Below are positions 25,409-37,079 of a stretch of 64,000 nucleotides of DNA, piece by piece. The translations under genes were made by a program, and so were the position numbers. This DNA comes from Podarcis filfolensis (Eukaryota): NCBI GenBank assembly GCA_964270895.1, contig OZ185444.1, one strand, 5' to 3'. The stretch's first letter is position 1. Every line of letters starts with the position of its first letter. A model generated the notes under the pieces. That model was not told the DNA's origin. It did not search any database and worked only from the letters and a program-made list of their open reading frames with translations.

Positions 25409-27228
25409 GTGCAGTGCTGTTAAGGTTAATAGCAGTTTGGGGAAATGGTGAAAATCAGAAACAATCCCATTTATGGAGGAGCTGTGTTGTCCCAGAATTC
25501 CAGTTTACAACTAGGCTGTACAAGTCATAAGATGTATTCCCATAGAGGTGCCCTTGATTATGAAGCTACTGCAAGGCGGCTACTCACATGGAATGTCATG
25601 CACTCATTCTAGCATAAAGGGTGCTGTCACAGGCAGGACATTTCTCAAAATACTTATGCTACACCTGGTAAGTAAAGGTAACGGTAAAGGGATCCTTGAC
25701 CATAAGGTCCAGCCGTGGCAGATTCTGGGGTTGCAGTGCTCATCTCGCTTTAATGGCCAAGGGAGCCAGCGTACAGCTTCCGGGTAATGTGGCCAGCATG
25801 ACTAACCAGAGCAGCACACAGAAACGCCGTTTACCTTCCCGCCAGAGTGGTACCTATATATCTACTTGCACTTTGACGTGCTTTCGAACTGCTAGGTTGG
25901 CAGGAGCAGGGTCCGAGCAATGGGAGCTCACCCCATTGTGGTTGATTCGAACCGCCGACCTTCTGATCTGCAAGTCCTGGGCTCTGTGGTTTAACCCACA
26001 GCACCACCCACGTCCCTACACCTGGTAAGTAGGTGGGCTCAATTAACATCAGCTAGGATTTTTGAGCATAGTTTAATCTGAACACTGCTTAAATTCTATT
26101 GAAACTAGTGGGAGTTAATTTCCCTATTGATTTCAACATGATTTTAGTTGGAATGGAGCCATCATGGGTGGCTGCAGAACCAAGCAGCAGCTTTCAAGGC
26201 TAGTGTTCACACTTAATGAGCAAGGTCCACTCCAGGAGCAGTTAGCCAGGGGTAAGACCTACTGGAAACAATGGGACATAAGTTAGTCACAACCACCTTG
26301 AGCAAAATTAGGGCAACAATCTACATATTTTTTCCAGCACTGTTGCTGCAGAGGTAAAATTTGTCTACTGAAGGAGAAACTTACTGTTATATTAAATGTG
26401 TCTTCATAGTTTCATGTGTATGCCTTTAAAAGAAGTTCTTCCTTGCAAGTTTTTTAAATAACCACTCTTTCCCCCACAAACATACACTCCACTGCCCCAA
26501 TGTAAATCTCCCTGAAGCCTGTTGGTGTCCTGTGCATCTATGCCATGGTTCTGTTCCAGAACAAGAGTCCCTTCAACTGTAAAAAGCAAACACGTGCCCA
26601 CATGGGAAGAAGTAGCTCCCGTAAAAAGCAGTTTCACCCTGGCATTTTGGAGCTGCAATGCACAACATCTTTCTGTACCATTCACTGGCTTACAGCAAAT
26701 AAGTCCATTGGTCCATCTCACACAGTATTAATGTATTATGGTACACAAAGCACACGGTCCACCATTGACCTAGGACTCCTTCCTTAATTAGGCTTCTATT
26801 TTGCAAATGCTAATGAAACCAACAGCATCTTCATCTACACAGAACTGTGTGGGGACATACTTCAGAGTGAAGACTATTTTCAGGTTCTAAAGAGAGTTTA
26901 AAAACTAAATAGCAAGTCTGATTTCTCTTTCCATCTTATGCCTGGTACCCCTGTGCTTTTTCTTTCCACCTCTCCAGCAATTGAGGAGGTATCTAGAAAA
27001 ATGCACACAATCAATCCATATAGTACTTACCAAACAACAGTACGCAATCATAATTAGCAGCACATTAACTTGCCATTGCTTTTGCCATGCTTTCCATTAG
27101 AACGTATGCTAAATTATTCCCACCCCAAAGAACTACTAAAGCAAACCCTCTGCATCAATTCACTGTTGGAAAACTGTAAACCACAAGAACTGTACAGCCC
27201 AGTACAACTTCTACTAGCAGAAAGATAT
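25409..27228 (-). other. CACNA2D4: U12-type (minor spliceosome) AT-AC intron, 1820 nt
   Basis: 5' site ATATCTTT at 27228-27221; branch site CCTTAAC at 25425-25419; terminal AC at 25410-25409; splicing reconstructs the Tyr codon T|AT and the conserved EVKYNASVKC. Confidence 0.93.
25675..26016 (-). mobile_element. Near full-length Sauria SINE with 15-bp TSD tacacctggtaagta, inside the U12 intron
   Basis: Head gggacgtgggtgg, tail tttaccgttaccttt; TSD at 25660-25674 and 26017-26031; short internal deletion relative to the copy at 61440. Confidence 0.95.
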
Positions 27229-27341
27229 ATTTCACTTCTTTAGGTTGCAGTAGGACAGGTGGAAAGCTGCTGCAGTCACATACAGCATCCACAACCAGGA
27301 GCAGGAGATTGCTGTTGGTAATTTGCTGCACCACAAACATC
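27229..27341 (-). CDS. CACNA2D4: CACNA2D4 exon (MFVVQQITNSNLLLLVVDAVCDCSSFPPVLLQPKEVK), 113 nt
   Basis: cccttacag| acceptor; conserved QQI-NSNLLLLV-D--CDCS motif; AT-type donor. Confidence 0.96.
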
Positions 27342-27424
27342 CTGTAAGGGCGAGAAGATCCCCCCCACCCCAAGAGACTATGGTCAGAACAGAAGGTTAT
27401 AGAATACTCCCCTTGCCCCTTCCT

Positions 27425-27544
27425 CAGGGTTTTTTCCCCAGCTGGAACTCAGTTCCGGCACCTCTCAGGTGGGTGCCATTGCCATTCTGAGATAACAAGG
27501 GAGGTGAGTTCCAACACTTCTTTTTCTTAAAAAAAATAGCACTG
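27425..27544. mobile_element. hAT-type MITE (copy 1)
   Basis: cagggttttttt...aaaatagcactg; 8-bp TSD cccttcct/cccttccc; matches 29590-29724. Confidence 0.75.
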
Positions 27545-27587
27545 CCCTTCCCTTCCCTTCCCTTCCCTTCCCTTCCCTTCCCTTCCC
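27545..27587. repeat. (CCCTT)n microsatellite
   Basis: Direct reading. Confidence 0.9.
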
Positions 27588-28728
27588 ACCACCACAAACA
27601 AGCACATGGTTCAAGCAATAGGAAACAGCAAGAATTAAAGCAAATGGGAAGGGGGTAGAGGAAAATATATTTAGTTAATAAATGGGAATACTATTAGGGA
27701 ATATTCAGAACTGAGTTGAAGACTGCCACTTTCAATTACACAAATACAATTTTATTGCATTGGAGCCAGAATGGTTGAGAAACTTGAGGTGTGGGTTATA
27801 AAGCAGGGACAAATCCTTGTGTACTGCGGACTAATCTGTTAATACTGTAGTGCAACCCTTGTGTAAATGGATTGATATGATACTTGACTCCGGATGGGAA
27901 TGTAGCATCTACATACATTGTGTGTGTGTGTGTGTATCCATGCACAATTCAGAGGTTGTAGGTTTTTGAGTGTTCATCTTCAATGTACTCTGCATTATAA
28001 GCATAGTGCTCATGCATGGAAGGGCCTGCAGAAGAACTAATTATGTATGTATTGAAGCACATTGACTTAAGTACACCACAGTTATGTGTGCCAAGGCAGG
28101 ATTGCAGATTCAGAGTGTGTGTTCAAGCCAGTGTAAATGTATGTATAGGACTGACCTGTGTATTAAAGTGTATGTATTAAACCCTATACAGCTATGCATG
28201 GGAGCCACATTCAAAGAATGACTATAAAGTCCCATGTGTCCTGACTTTCATGCAAATGGCCCAATACTGAGGGATCAGCTGGTGACGTGGACAGACTCTG
28301 CTCACATGACACTGAGGCTACAACATTCTGTGTCTGCTCCCTTCTCTAGCTATGAATATGGTGCAGCATTTGGACCGCGAGCTTGAATTCTCATTTATTG
28401 TATATGTGTCATTTTCATAGTTACTATTATTTTCTGACAACATAAAGTGTTCATGTTCAAGTAAAATGGAAAATGCATCCTAAGCATGCCTACAGCCAGA
28501 AAAACCAATAGTCCTCTACTGCCCTCTGCTGGGAGACTATGAGTGGTGTGTACTTAGCTAAAAGTGAAAAGTTCCATCTTAATATTTAGCACCTGAGTTT
28601 TAGTTCTTAGATCATCTCCTGTGGGCTTGTGGAGGCTTTATTCAAATGGCCATCACTGCAAACAGAATCCTGCCAGCTGGACCCAGCTGGGTACCATGTC
28701 TGAGTTAATGGAATCATTTAAAAGCTGC

Positions 28729-28762
<34 letters not shown>
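28729..28762. repeat. (AAT)n microsatellite
   Basis: Direct reading. Confidence 0.95.
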
Positions 28763-28765
<3 letters not shown>

Positions 28766-28866
28766 CATGCTTCATGGGCATAATCTTAGGGCTGGTCCAA
28801 ATGTTACATTTGAGTGATAAGCTTTTCCTTCAGCAGCACTCCCTACAGAAGTGGCAACATCTAGAA

Positions 28867-29142
28867 CAGTAGTTCTCAAACTCCACCCCCCCGGTCCACT
28901 TGAAATTTGCTGAGTGTCTTGGAGAACCACTTAATGATATTTCTACCTGCTGTAGCAGTTGTAATTCCACAGAATTCAATTTGTAATACAATATTAAGAA
29001 AATAAAGGAAGTGATAACAATGCAATTAAAAATTGACACAAAACTAAATGCAAAGGATGTATGATTTCCCATCTTCAGTCACAAATTCACAGACACCTTG
29101 AGAACCACTTGTGCTCCACAGACCACACTTCAGGAACCCCTG
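28867..29142. mobile_element. hAT-Charlie-like MITE
   Basis: TIRs cagtagttctcaaac / ggaacccctg; TSD atctagaa/atctggaa fits the NTCTAGAN target preference. Confidence 0.8.
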
Positions 29143-29589
29143 ATCTGGAAGCTTCCTACCTGCTTCAACCACCCAAGTGAATGAAGCATCCAACTCCCAG
29201 CACCATTATTCCCAATGGTGTTAGTGTGGGATGCTGCAAAAAGAAGCTTTTAGATATTAGAGCTGTGAACATTACATGAAAATACTAATGTCTGAATTAG
29301 TCCTTAGCTTCCTTACAATAATTATGTAAGTTAGGGGGCAGGACGGGAGGGAGAGAGAGAGAAAAATTTTCTGTAGATCACTTGCTGAGTTCATGGCTGA
29401 GCTAAGAAATTGTCCCACGTGCTTTAACCATTATGTTTATACCAACCATCATAGGAATTGCTTCAGAAGCTATCTGAAGCAGGAGAGACATGTGTTGCTA
29501 AGAGCAAGGCTGAGCTTATTTGCACAAGACAAAGTATTCAAATCTAATTTGCTCCTAGTATGGTGTACCTGCAACCAATGCCCTGAGAG

Positions 29590-29724
29590 AAGGGCTTTTT
29601 TCAGCTGGAACTCACCAGAACTCAGTTTCAGCACTGCTCAGGTGGGTACCCTTGCCATTATAAGAGAACAAGGGAGGAATTCATGGTGAGTTCTGGCACC
29701 TCTTTTTCTAGAAAAATAGCACTG
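29590..29724. mobile_element. hAT-type MITE (copy 2)
   Basis: Shares cagctggaactc...ctcaggtggg...aacaagggagg...gaaaaatagcactg with copy 1; degenerate TSD cctgagag/cttgacag. Confidence 0.75.
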
Positions 29725-30197
29725 CTTGACAGTATAAATGAGAGAGGAGAAAAGATAATGCCTAAGGCAGGGCTGACAGTTCTCAAACTCACTATAGCCA
29801 GACTTGAGTCTGTCTGTTTTTTGGAAACAGCATCAAATGCTCAGATATTCTGGTGCCAGTATTCAGTGTTTAGGCACACTAAGCTGTTTAATGTTGGCAA
29901 AGTAGAGTTCTTACAGGTAAACCTGCCTCTCAGCCCTTGCATGCAGTTTAGAATGAGTGATGTAAGTTCTCTAAATGAGGGACAATCTCACATGGGAAAA
30001 CACTCTATGGAGAGCTTTGTGTGAAAAGAAGATTGCCTTGAAAAGAAATGGATGTTGAACAGAATTAACTTATCTGTGGGCCCTCATGGATATGAATTAT
30101 TTGGAACAGGAATGCTCTACTCTGAAGCAAATGCCCTAACCTATAAAGAAAAAAGACATGATCATGTTCAGTTTTGCCTGTCTTTCTAAAGGGAATT

Positions 30198-30960
30198 CAC
30201 AGAACCACAGAATTGTAGAGTTGGAAGGGACCTCAAGGGTCATCTAGTCCAACCCCCTGAAATGCAGGAATCTCAGCTAAAGCAGCCATGACAGATGACC
30301 ATCTAGGTAAAGGTAAAGGACCCCTGACAGTTAAGTCCAGTTGGGTGCTGGTTGCGGTGCTCATCTCATTTTACTGGCCAAGGTAGCCGACGTTTGTTCG
30401 CAGACAGTTTTTCCGGGTCATGTGGCCAGCATGACTAAACCGCTTCTGGCGAAACCAGAGCAGTGCACGGAAACGCCGTTTACCTTCCCGCCGGAGCGGT
30501 ACCTATTTATCTACTTGCACTCTGACGTGCTTTCGAACTGCTAGGTTGGCAGTAGCTGGGACTGAACAACGGGAGCTCACCCCGTCGTGGGGATTCGAAC
30601 CACCAACCTTCTGATCGGCAAGCCCATGGCTCAGTGGTTTACACCACAGTGTCACCCGTGTCCTCTGTTTAAAAACCTCTGAGGAAGGAGAGTTCACCAC
30701 CTTCCAAAGGAGTCCATTCTACTGTCAAACAGCTCTTACTGTCAGAAAGTTCTTCCTGATATTTAGATGGAATCTCTTGTAATTTGAATCCATTGGTTTG
30801 AGTTCTACCCTCCAGAGCAAACAAGTTTGCTCCAACTTCTAATATTCCTTTAGATTTTTGAAGATGGCTATCATCTCTTCTCTTAGTCTCCTTTTCCCCA
30901 GGCTAAACATACCCAGCTCCCTCAACCATTCCTCATTAAGGTTGGTTTCCAGACCCTCAC
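30198..30960 (-). mobile_element. CR1 3' fragment interrupted by a Sauria SINE
   Basis: gagttggaagggacc...tcatctagtccaacccc and cagaaagttcttcctga motifs shared with the copy at 11991. Confidence 0.9.
30306..30663 (-). mobile_element. Full-length Sauria SINE nested in a CR1 fragment
   Basis: Matches the copies at 61440 and 25675; CR1 sequence continues on both sides. Confidence 0.93.
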
Positions 30961-31360
30961 AAGGCCTGGTTTCCAGTGAAGAGTGTGGCTGAGGAGAGTT
31001 CTAAGGACCAGATAGAGAGACTTGGAGAGCAAAATGTGGTTCTGGGTCTGAGGTCCCCCACCTGTGCACTAGGCAAAGAGTGTGTTCAAGGCAGACCTTG
31101 GTACCTGGCAGGTTCATGCAGAAGGGAGTGGTCTGTGAGGGACCTGGGTCCTAAGCAATTGTCACTACTATTGTTACTAACGGACACTTGAATTGAGGTT
31201 GGAATAGTTCATAGTTGCAAGCAATTCAGAAGAAATTGTGGGAAATAAGAGGCATTGCAAGGATAACAAGGGACAGTTAGTTTGTTTGGAGATCAGACTA
31301 ACCAGGGACAATTGAGAGGCACAGGTAGGAGAAAAGGAAGAAAGAGAGCACATTTCTTAC

Positions 31361-31478
31361 TTCTGACAGTCTCCGCATTCAATAATCCCATTGGTCTCTT
31401 TGATGGCAGGTTCATATACAAACACTGGGTATTCTGTGTCACATGGCTGTAGCATGTCGTGCTTCTTGTGCTTGTGAG
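31361..31478 (-). CDS. CACNA2D4: CACNA2D4 exon ([39 protein letters not shown]), 118 nt
   Basis: ccccatctcag| and AA|gtaaga sites; PCDTEYPVF motif. Confidence 0.96.
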
Positions 31479-34400
31479 CTGAGATGGGGAAAAAGAGGCT
31501 GAGTGAGAAAATCGGGTGAAGGAAACAAATGAGGTGTGGAAAAAAGAAGCAGAAAGATGTTGACCCAAAAACGAAGATTACTGGCAGCCACTAGGTGGTG
31601 TGGGAGACTCAGTGTATGAGGATGCCCTAGAAGCATGAATATGGCCACCCTTCAGCCAATGGTCGGATTATGTAGCTATCAGTTTGACAGGCTGTTTACT
31701 GCTAGAAAGTCAAAACACACAAACAAGTGGGAACCCACTTGCAGTTAGTTCATGGTTAGAATCAAACCAGCTGGCCAAGACATTACTAGGTGGCTCATAT
31801 GGGGTAAACAGGAAGACTTTTCACTAATGACAGTGACTGCATGAAATATAGCAGACTGGGCTGGGGTAGTACAGCACCAATCTTTAGTAACCGCAGCTAG
31901 ATACCTAAGACGGAAGCTTTACTAGAAAGAAAGTCCACTACCCAGCTCCCACTAGCCAACACAGGAACTGACTACTTGCAGTGGAAAGATCTACATTTTG
32001 GAGACCTTGAAGCTTGAACTGTTATGGGGGCCCTTCGGCATCAGCAACAAAGTCTGAGTAACCACTGTTATCTTCTTCAATGGGTTTGTCCCATGACAGA
32101 TCACCAAACCTTTATAACACCTGTGCTACTGACTTTCAGACTTTGGAATTGTTAAAATATATACAAAAAAATAATAATCACTTTTGAAGTTTTCGGAAAG
32201 CTGAAATCCAAAACATTTAAGAAAGCATAAATATTGTTTAAAATATTTATGTTATTAACTGAGTATACAAAACTATTTTAATTGTGTTGCATGTCAACAT
32301 TTTTAACATTTAGGCGCATTATTTATTTTAAAGAAACACCAGGTGTCATTGTGACATTTTGAAGGACAATGTATGATGTTTAAACTTGAGGATAGCTGAG
32401 ATAATGCATGGATATGTTTGCACAGAGAAAAAAATAATCACCTGCCAGATAGTCAGGGAGTGGGTGAACTGGTTGGTCATCAATAACGGCAGGAGTTTGC
32501 ATTTGATAAAACTAACAGTGAGGCTGCTGTTCTTCAAACAGAGAAATGCTCAAAATGCTGTTGGACATTTGCATCACACTGGCCTGAGGGAGAAAAGCTG
32601 TGCTGGCATTTATTCTCTTGTGCGATGACGACAACTCAGAGACGCAAAGATATTGCAAATGTCACACAAACATGTATAGAGTCTTTGTCACTCATTGGGA
32701 GTTGAAACAGTGACAAATATCCAAAAAAACCACCCTTTTCTAGTTTGTTTTTAATCTATTCATTTTTATCTCCCTGCCCTTCAAGGAGCTCAGGATCCTC
32801 TTATCATCACAACTCCCTTCTCAGGTAGGTAAAACCTGTGAACGCTTGGAATTGGAATCATGCAGCTGGTTGAGCCTGTCCAACACTCTAACCACCCTGG
32901 CTCTCTCACAAATCTGTGACTATAGCTTTTGTGAAAATTGCAGTGCTCTAATCTGGATACAAAGCTTGCAACACCATTGCACATAAAATGAAGACTTGTG
33001 TAGCCCATCTGTCAAGCACCAGTGAAGCGGGGAGAGAGAACGGGACTCGCCTTTCCTTGTTGCTTCCTGCTGGGAAGTGAGTATCAGAGCTCCCATTGCT
33101 TTGTCACAATGGTACCTGTCCTTCCTGAGGGGTTTGCAAGTGACTGAATCTCTGCTTCAGTGCAACCATCACTGACAATCTGATTCCTCCCATTGCTTTT
33201 CTTTGCCTGTAATGTTGTTCACCAAGTTTCCCTCAACGTAACTATGCAGCAGATTCGCTGTTCTAATCTTTCAACTATGAAGGAAGCAGCAGGCTATTTT
33301 AACACAACCTCCCTCAACTGGGATTAAAACCGAAATAAATTTATGCCAGATGGTGCAATGAGTATTGTAAACAACACCTATTTGTTTTCCTAGGTCTTAT
33401 TAAGTTTCCATGCTGTATAGCAAGGATTTGTCCAGTCCTGCATATGTCACCCTGATGTTTTGCATTACCCCCTGCCCTAAATTGGTTGTCCTGTTTAAGG
33501 TCTTCCAGATAAGATTCAAACCAGGAACCCCTCAACTCACCAACTCCCTAGAAACTAATAAAGGCAGCTGATTAGACAGCTTGTCTACAATGTGACAAAA
33601 TGTAGGTGGACAGGAGTCTTAACCACAGTGCAACCCTGATTGGGTGAGCCAGATTTAGCATCTGTATAGACAGGCCCCATATTTAGCACTCAATATATTT
33701 TCTAGGTTTCTCTTCTAGTGCACCTTACTAAAACCTAGAAATTACCCAACATGGAAAATATGTGGCCTATCCAGGATGCAAAGCTGTGAGTTACAGCCGT
33801 GCAGTTAAATGTCCACAACCAGCTCACTTTACATATCCAAACTTTGACTCTCCCTCTCCTCAAGGTAGAACTGCATTAGTGTCATGTATGGAAGGGAAGA
33901 TCCACAGCATGCTTTCCATCTTCTTATTGCGTTTCATTCACAAATAACATTTGCTCTTGGAGCCACAGAGATTCATTCTGTTCAAACTCCCTTTTGTCTC
34001 TCTGTTAAACCACACTTTAACTGGATCGGAAGTGAATTTCCTCATACCCCAAACAGTTCCTTGGACACAGAGCAATAACAGCAATAAACTGAGCCTGAGG
34101 AGAGGGAACAAATTCAGTCACCTTCAACAGGCCAGAACACAGTGAAGCCACTGCTACATTTGAGGCAGGACATTCCCTTCCCCCCTCATCCCCCAGTTTC
34201 ATTCCACAGATGAGCCTGAATTAACACCTGAGCATCGGCAAAAAGGAGCAAAATGTCACTGCCATCCTGATATTTGCAGTCACATTGATCCGGAAAAATA
34301 ACAACAGAGATAGGTTTTAAATTGCTGGCATTTCACTGTCAGCAGGGTAGCCCAAAGATATTTTTTTATAGGCCAAGCAGCTGTCCATGTGACCAGAGAT

Positions 34401-35365
34401 CAGCACCTCTGCACCATTTTATGATATTGCAAAGGGCCTTGAGTTTCTGTATCTCTGCTTTCCTAAGTCATATATTATTAAATATACAAGACCACTGAGT
34501 GGTTTACATAAAACACTGTAAAACTGTATGAAATCTCTCTCACAGATTGCTAGATGTTACGGCACGTGCACAGGCCAGCTGCTCCCCAGTGGGGGCTGGT
34601 GTCTATTGGGATAGGCAGGCCGTAAGGCATGGATGCCAACAGTAGGAGGAGCCAGACCTGATGATAGGCAGAAATAATTCTAGTTTAACCCCAATCCTCC
34701 TCCATAGAAGGGCAACAGTGGCACTTCTAAGAAACTGGTAGGCAGGGCCAGCCCCTAGACTGGCTGTAAGAAAGAAGGCAGTTGGGAGCTGCTTGCGGTT
34801 GGTAGGGCAGTGCCCTATTGGCCTAATAGATCACCGCCCACTGCCTTCGGAAGCAATCTGTGCTCCCTTCTCTGTCTTCCAGCCCTCATGGGTTGGGTAC
34901 GCTGGGGAAATAACTAAACCCCCAAATATTACTCTTCACCAGTTACTGCTATGCCACTGTCCTGCTTCCCCAATTCCTCCAAGGCTTATAATCCACTGGC
35001 AAGAGTCTGGAGGATTGGAGCCTGTTAGCCCCACCCTTTATTTATTTATTTGAATTTATATACCGCCGTCTCAGGGCAGTTCACCCTTACCTACCTGTAG
35101 CCCATCCTGGCTGATTACTGGCTGGGCTACTCATGAGCAAGCAACCAGTTTAACAAATTCTTCTCCATAGGAGCCTTAGCAACTGCTGATGTTTGGAATT
35201 TGGGAAGGAAATAATACCTCTTGACAGGAGATCACAGAGAAGGTTTTTTCTCTCCTTGCCTAAGGGCAGGCTGGTGCTCAGCTGACCTGGGAAGTACCCT
35301 CACATGCCCCAGCTCTTACATGTTGAAGCTTTAGTGACATATTGGAACATGGGAAGTTACTGGAC

Positions 35366-35518
35366 TATCTAGCTCAGTATTGTCTACACCGATTGGCAGC
35401 AGCTCCTCAGGGTTTCAAGCAGAAGCTTTTTTCAGCCCTACCTGGGAAATAAGGATTGAACTTGGTGTCTTCTTCATGCAAAGCAGGTGCTACACCATGG
35501 AGCTATGGCCCATCCCCT
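35366..35518 (-). mobile_element. tRNA-derived squamate SINE (Squam3-like)
   Basis: Reverse strand has gccatagctcc...gtagcacctgc...gttcaatcc head and a gtagacaatactgagctaga tail. Confidence 0.6.
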
Positions 35519-37058
35519 GTTGTTGGGTTTACTGGTAGCTAATCATGATGACAAATGGTGGAAACGATGCAAAGAGTTTTAATATTTATCTTGGTTAGCT
35601 ATATCTTATTGACATAAGGGCAGCTCCCATATTTCTTATTTCTATAGACAAGCCATTTATCAGCCAGCCTTTGTCTGAATGGTAGAGGGGGAATAAAGGG
35701 CTAGAGCTGCTTATTCAGCCAACCTGTAATCATATCTGCTTCTCTAACATAAATAAATTATGAGAAAGTTGAATGAACTTATTTATTGAAGTTGCTCTAG
35801 CCATCAGAACCTGACTATCTGCAGTTGTCTGAATAATACAGTTTTGCTGGATTTCCAGTTGAGTGATTACCACCTGTCCTCATGCAATTCTGCAAACAGG
35901 CTGAAGTTTCTTTCTGATAGATTCTTGCCCACCTCTAGCTAATTATCTCTACTTGCATTTTGTACCTACTGAGAATGCAAGAATGTCCTCTCATGTTTCT
36001 TTCTGAGCTCCATATTTGACCTGGATCCTCTGATTATTATGGATCCTTTTAGAGCAACCGTAATACATGGGAGCTGTGGTTGGGGCTCAACTAAGGTTGC
36101 CTCCCTTCCTGCATGATGCAACCACCACCATGTCTTTTCTCTTGCACGAGTGGCACCTCCCTAGTCCACCCTTCCTCCTTTCTTCATCATCCCGCTATTG
36201 TTGGGTTTACTGGTAGCATGCTAATTATCATGCAAACACTTAGGCCTGGCCTGATTCAATTACCACTCATGAACAATTGAACAGAGGAAAGAACTCCTTG
36301 AAGTTCTTCCTCTACCTCTAGACCTTGGGATACCAAGCATTATTTGAGACATCAGGCACCAACTCCAGAAGCAGCACCTATTGGTCTGGCCTAGTATGAC
36401 AGATAGCAAGATCAGATTGTAGATTAAAAGCACCATAGGAAGGCCTATGCATTTGTATAATGTGTAAATGTACTGAGAATGAAATGGGGGGGGGGGTAGA
36501 ATAGAAGATGGAACGCTGATAAACCTTGCAACTTTTCAAAAATACTAATTTGTTCCTTTATAATGGACCAAGCTTGTTGTAAAATATCATTAATATTGAA
36601 GGGCAAGACTTGCAAATATCAATATAAGATTCACTTTAGCAGCGTACAACAGAATTCTCCACCCATTGCCTATTGCCCAGTAAGAACTGCTGCCATGCAA
36701 CTTTAGTTCATTTCAGCAAGGCTTATATGGTTGAACCCGCATGCTTTGCACAAGCCGCTGTGGTTTGCACATATTGGCACATCCCTAGAGCTACTGTACA
36801 TCTTTATATTCAAGGTTATAGCTGGACCAGCAAGCGCAAAAACTTGCAGTGAAGTATGCCAATCACACAGTGAGTGGTAGTACAATAATTAAACAAGTAG
36901 TGATATCTCTGTTTTCAACTAGGCAGTCGCAGCTAATTCCTGAACAGCTGTGAAGTGGGAAAGAAATTGCCCCCAGTTTTCTGTGCAAATCTGCTTGGGT
37001 GTTCTCCTGTTTCCAGAAAATGGAGATCTTTTTGCTGTACTATAATGATTCTACTTAC

Positions 37059-37079
37059 CATGATGGAAAACAGCCTTGG
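37059..37079 (-). CDS. CACNA2D4: CACNA2D4 21-nt microexon ((A)KAVFHH(A))
   Basis: tatatag|CCAAGGCTGTTTTCCATCATG|gtaagt; matches mammalian AKSVFHH; phase 1-1. Confidence 0.9.

Noticed and set aside
25696-26049. Recurring similar ORFs (GHVASMTKPLLA...) here and at 1783, 30341, 52270 and 61490
   Set aside because: Translations of non-coding Sauria SINE copies, not a gene family
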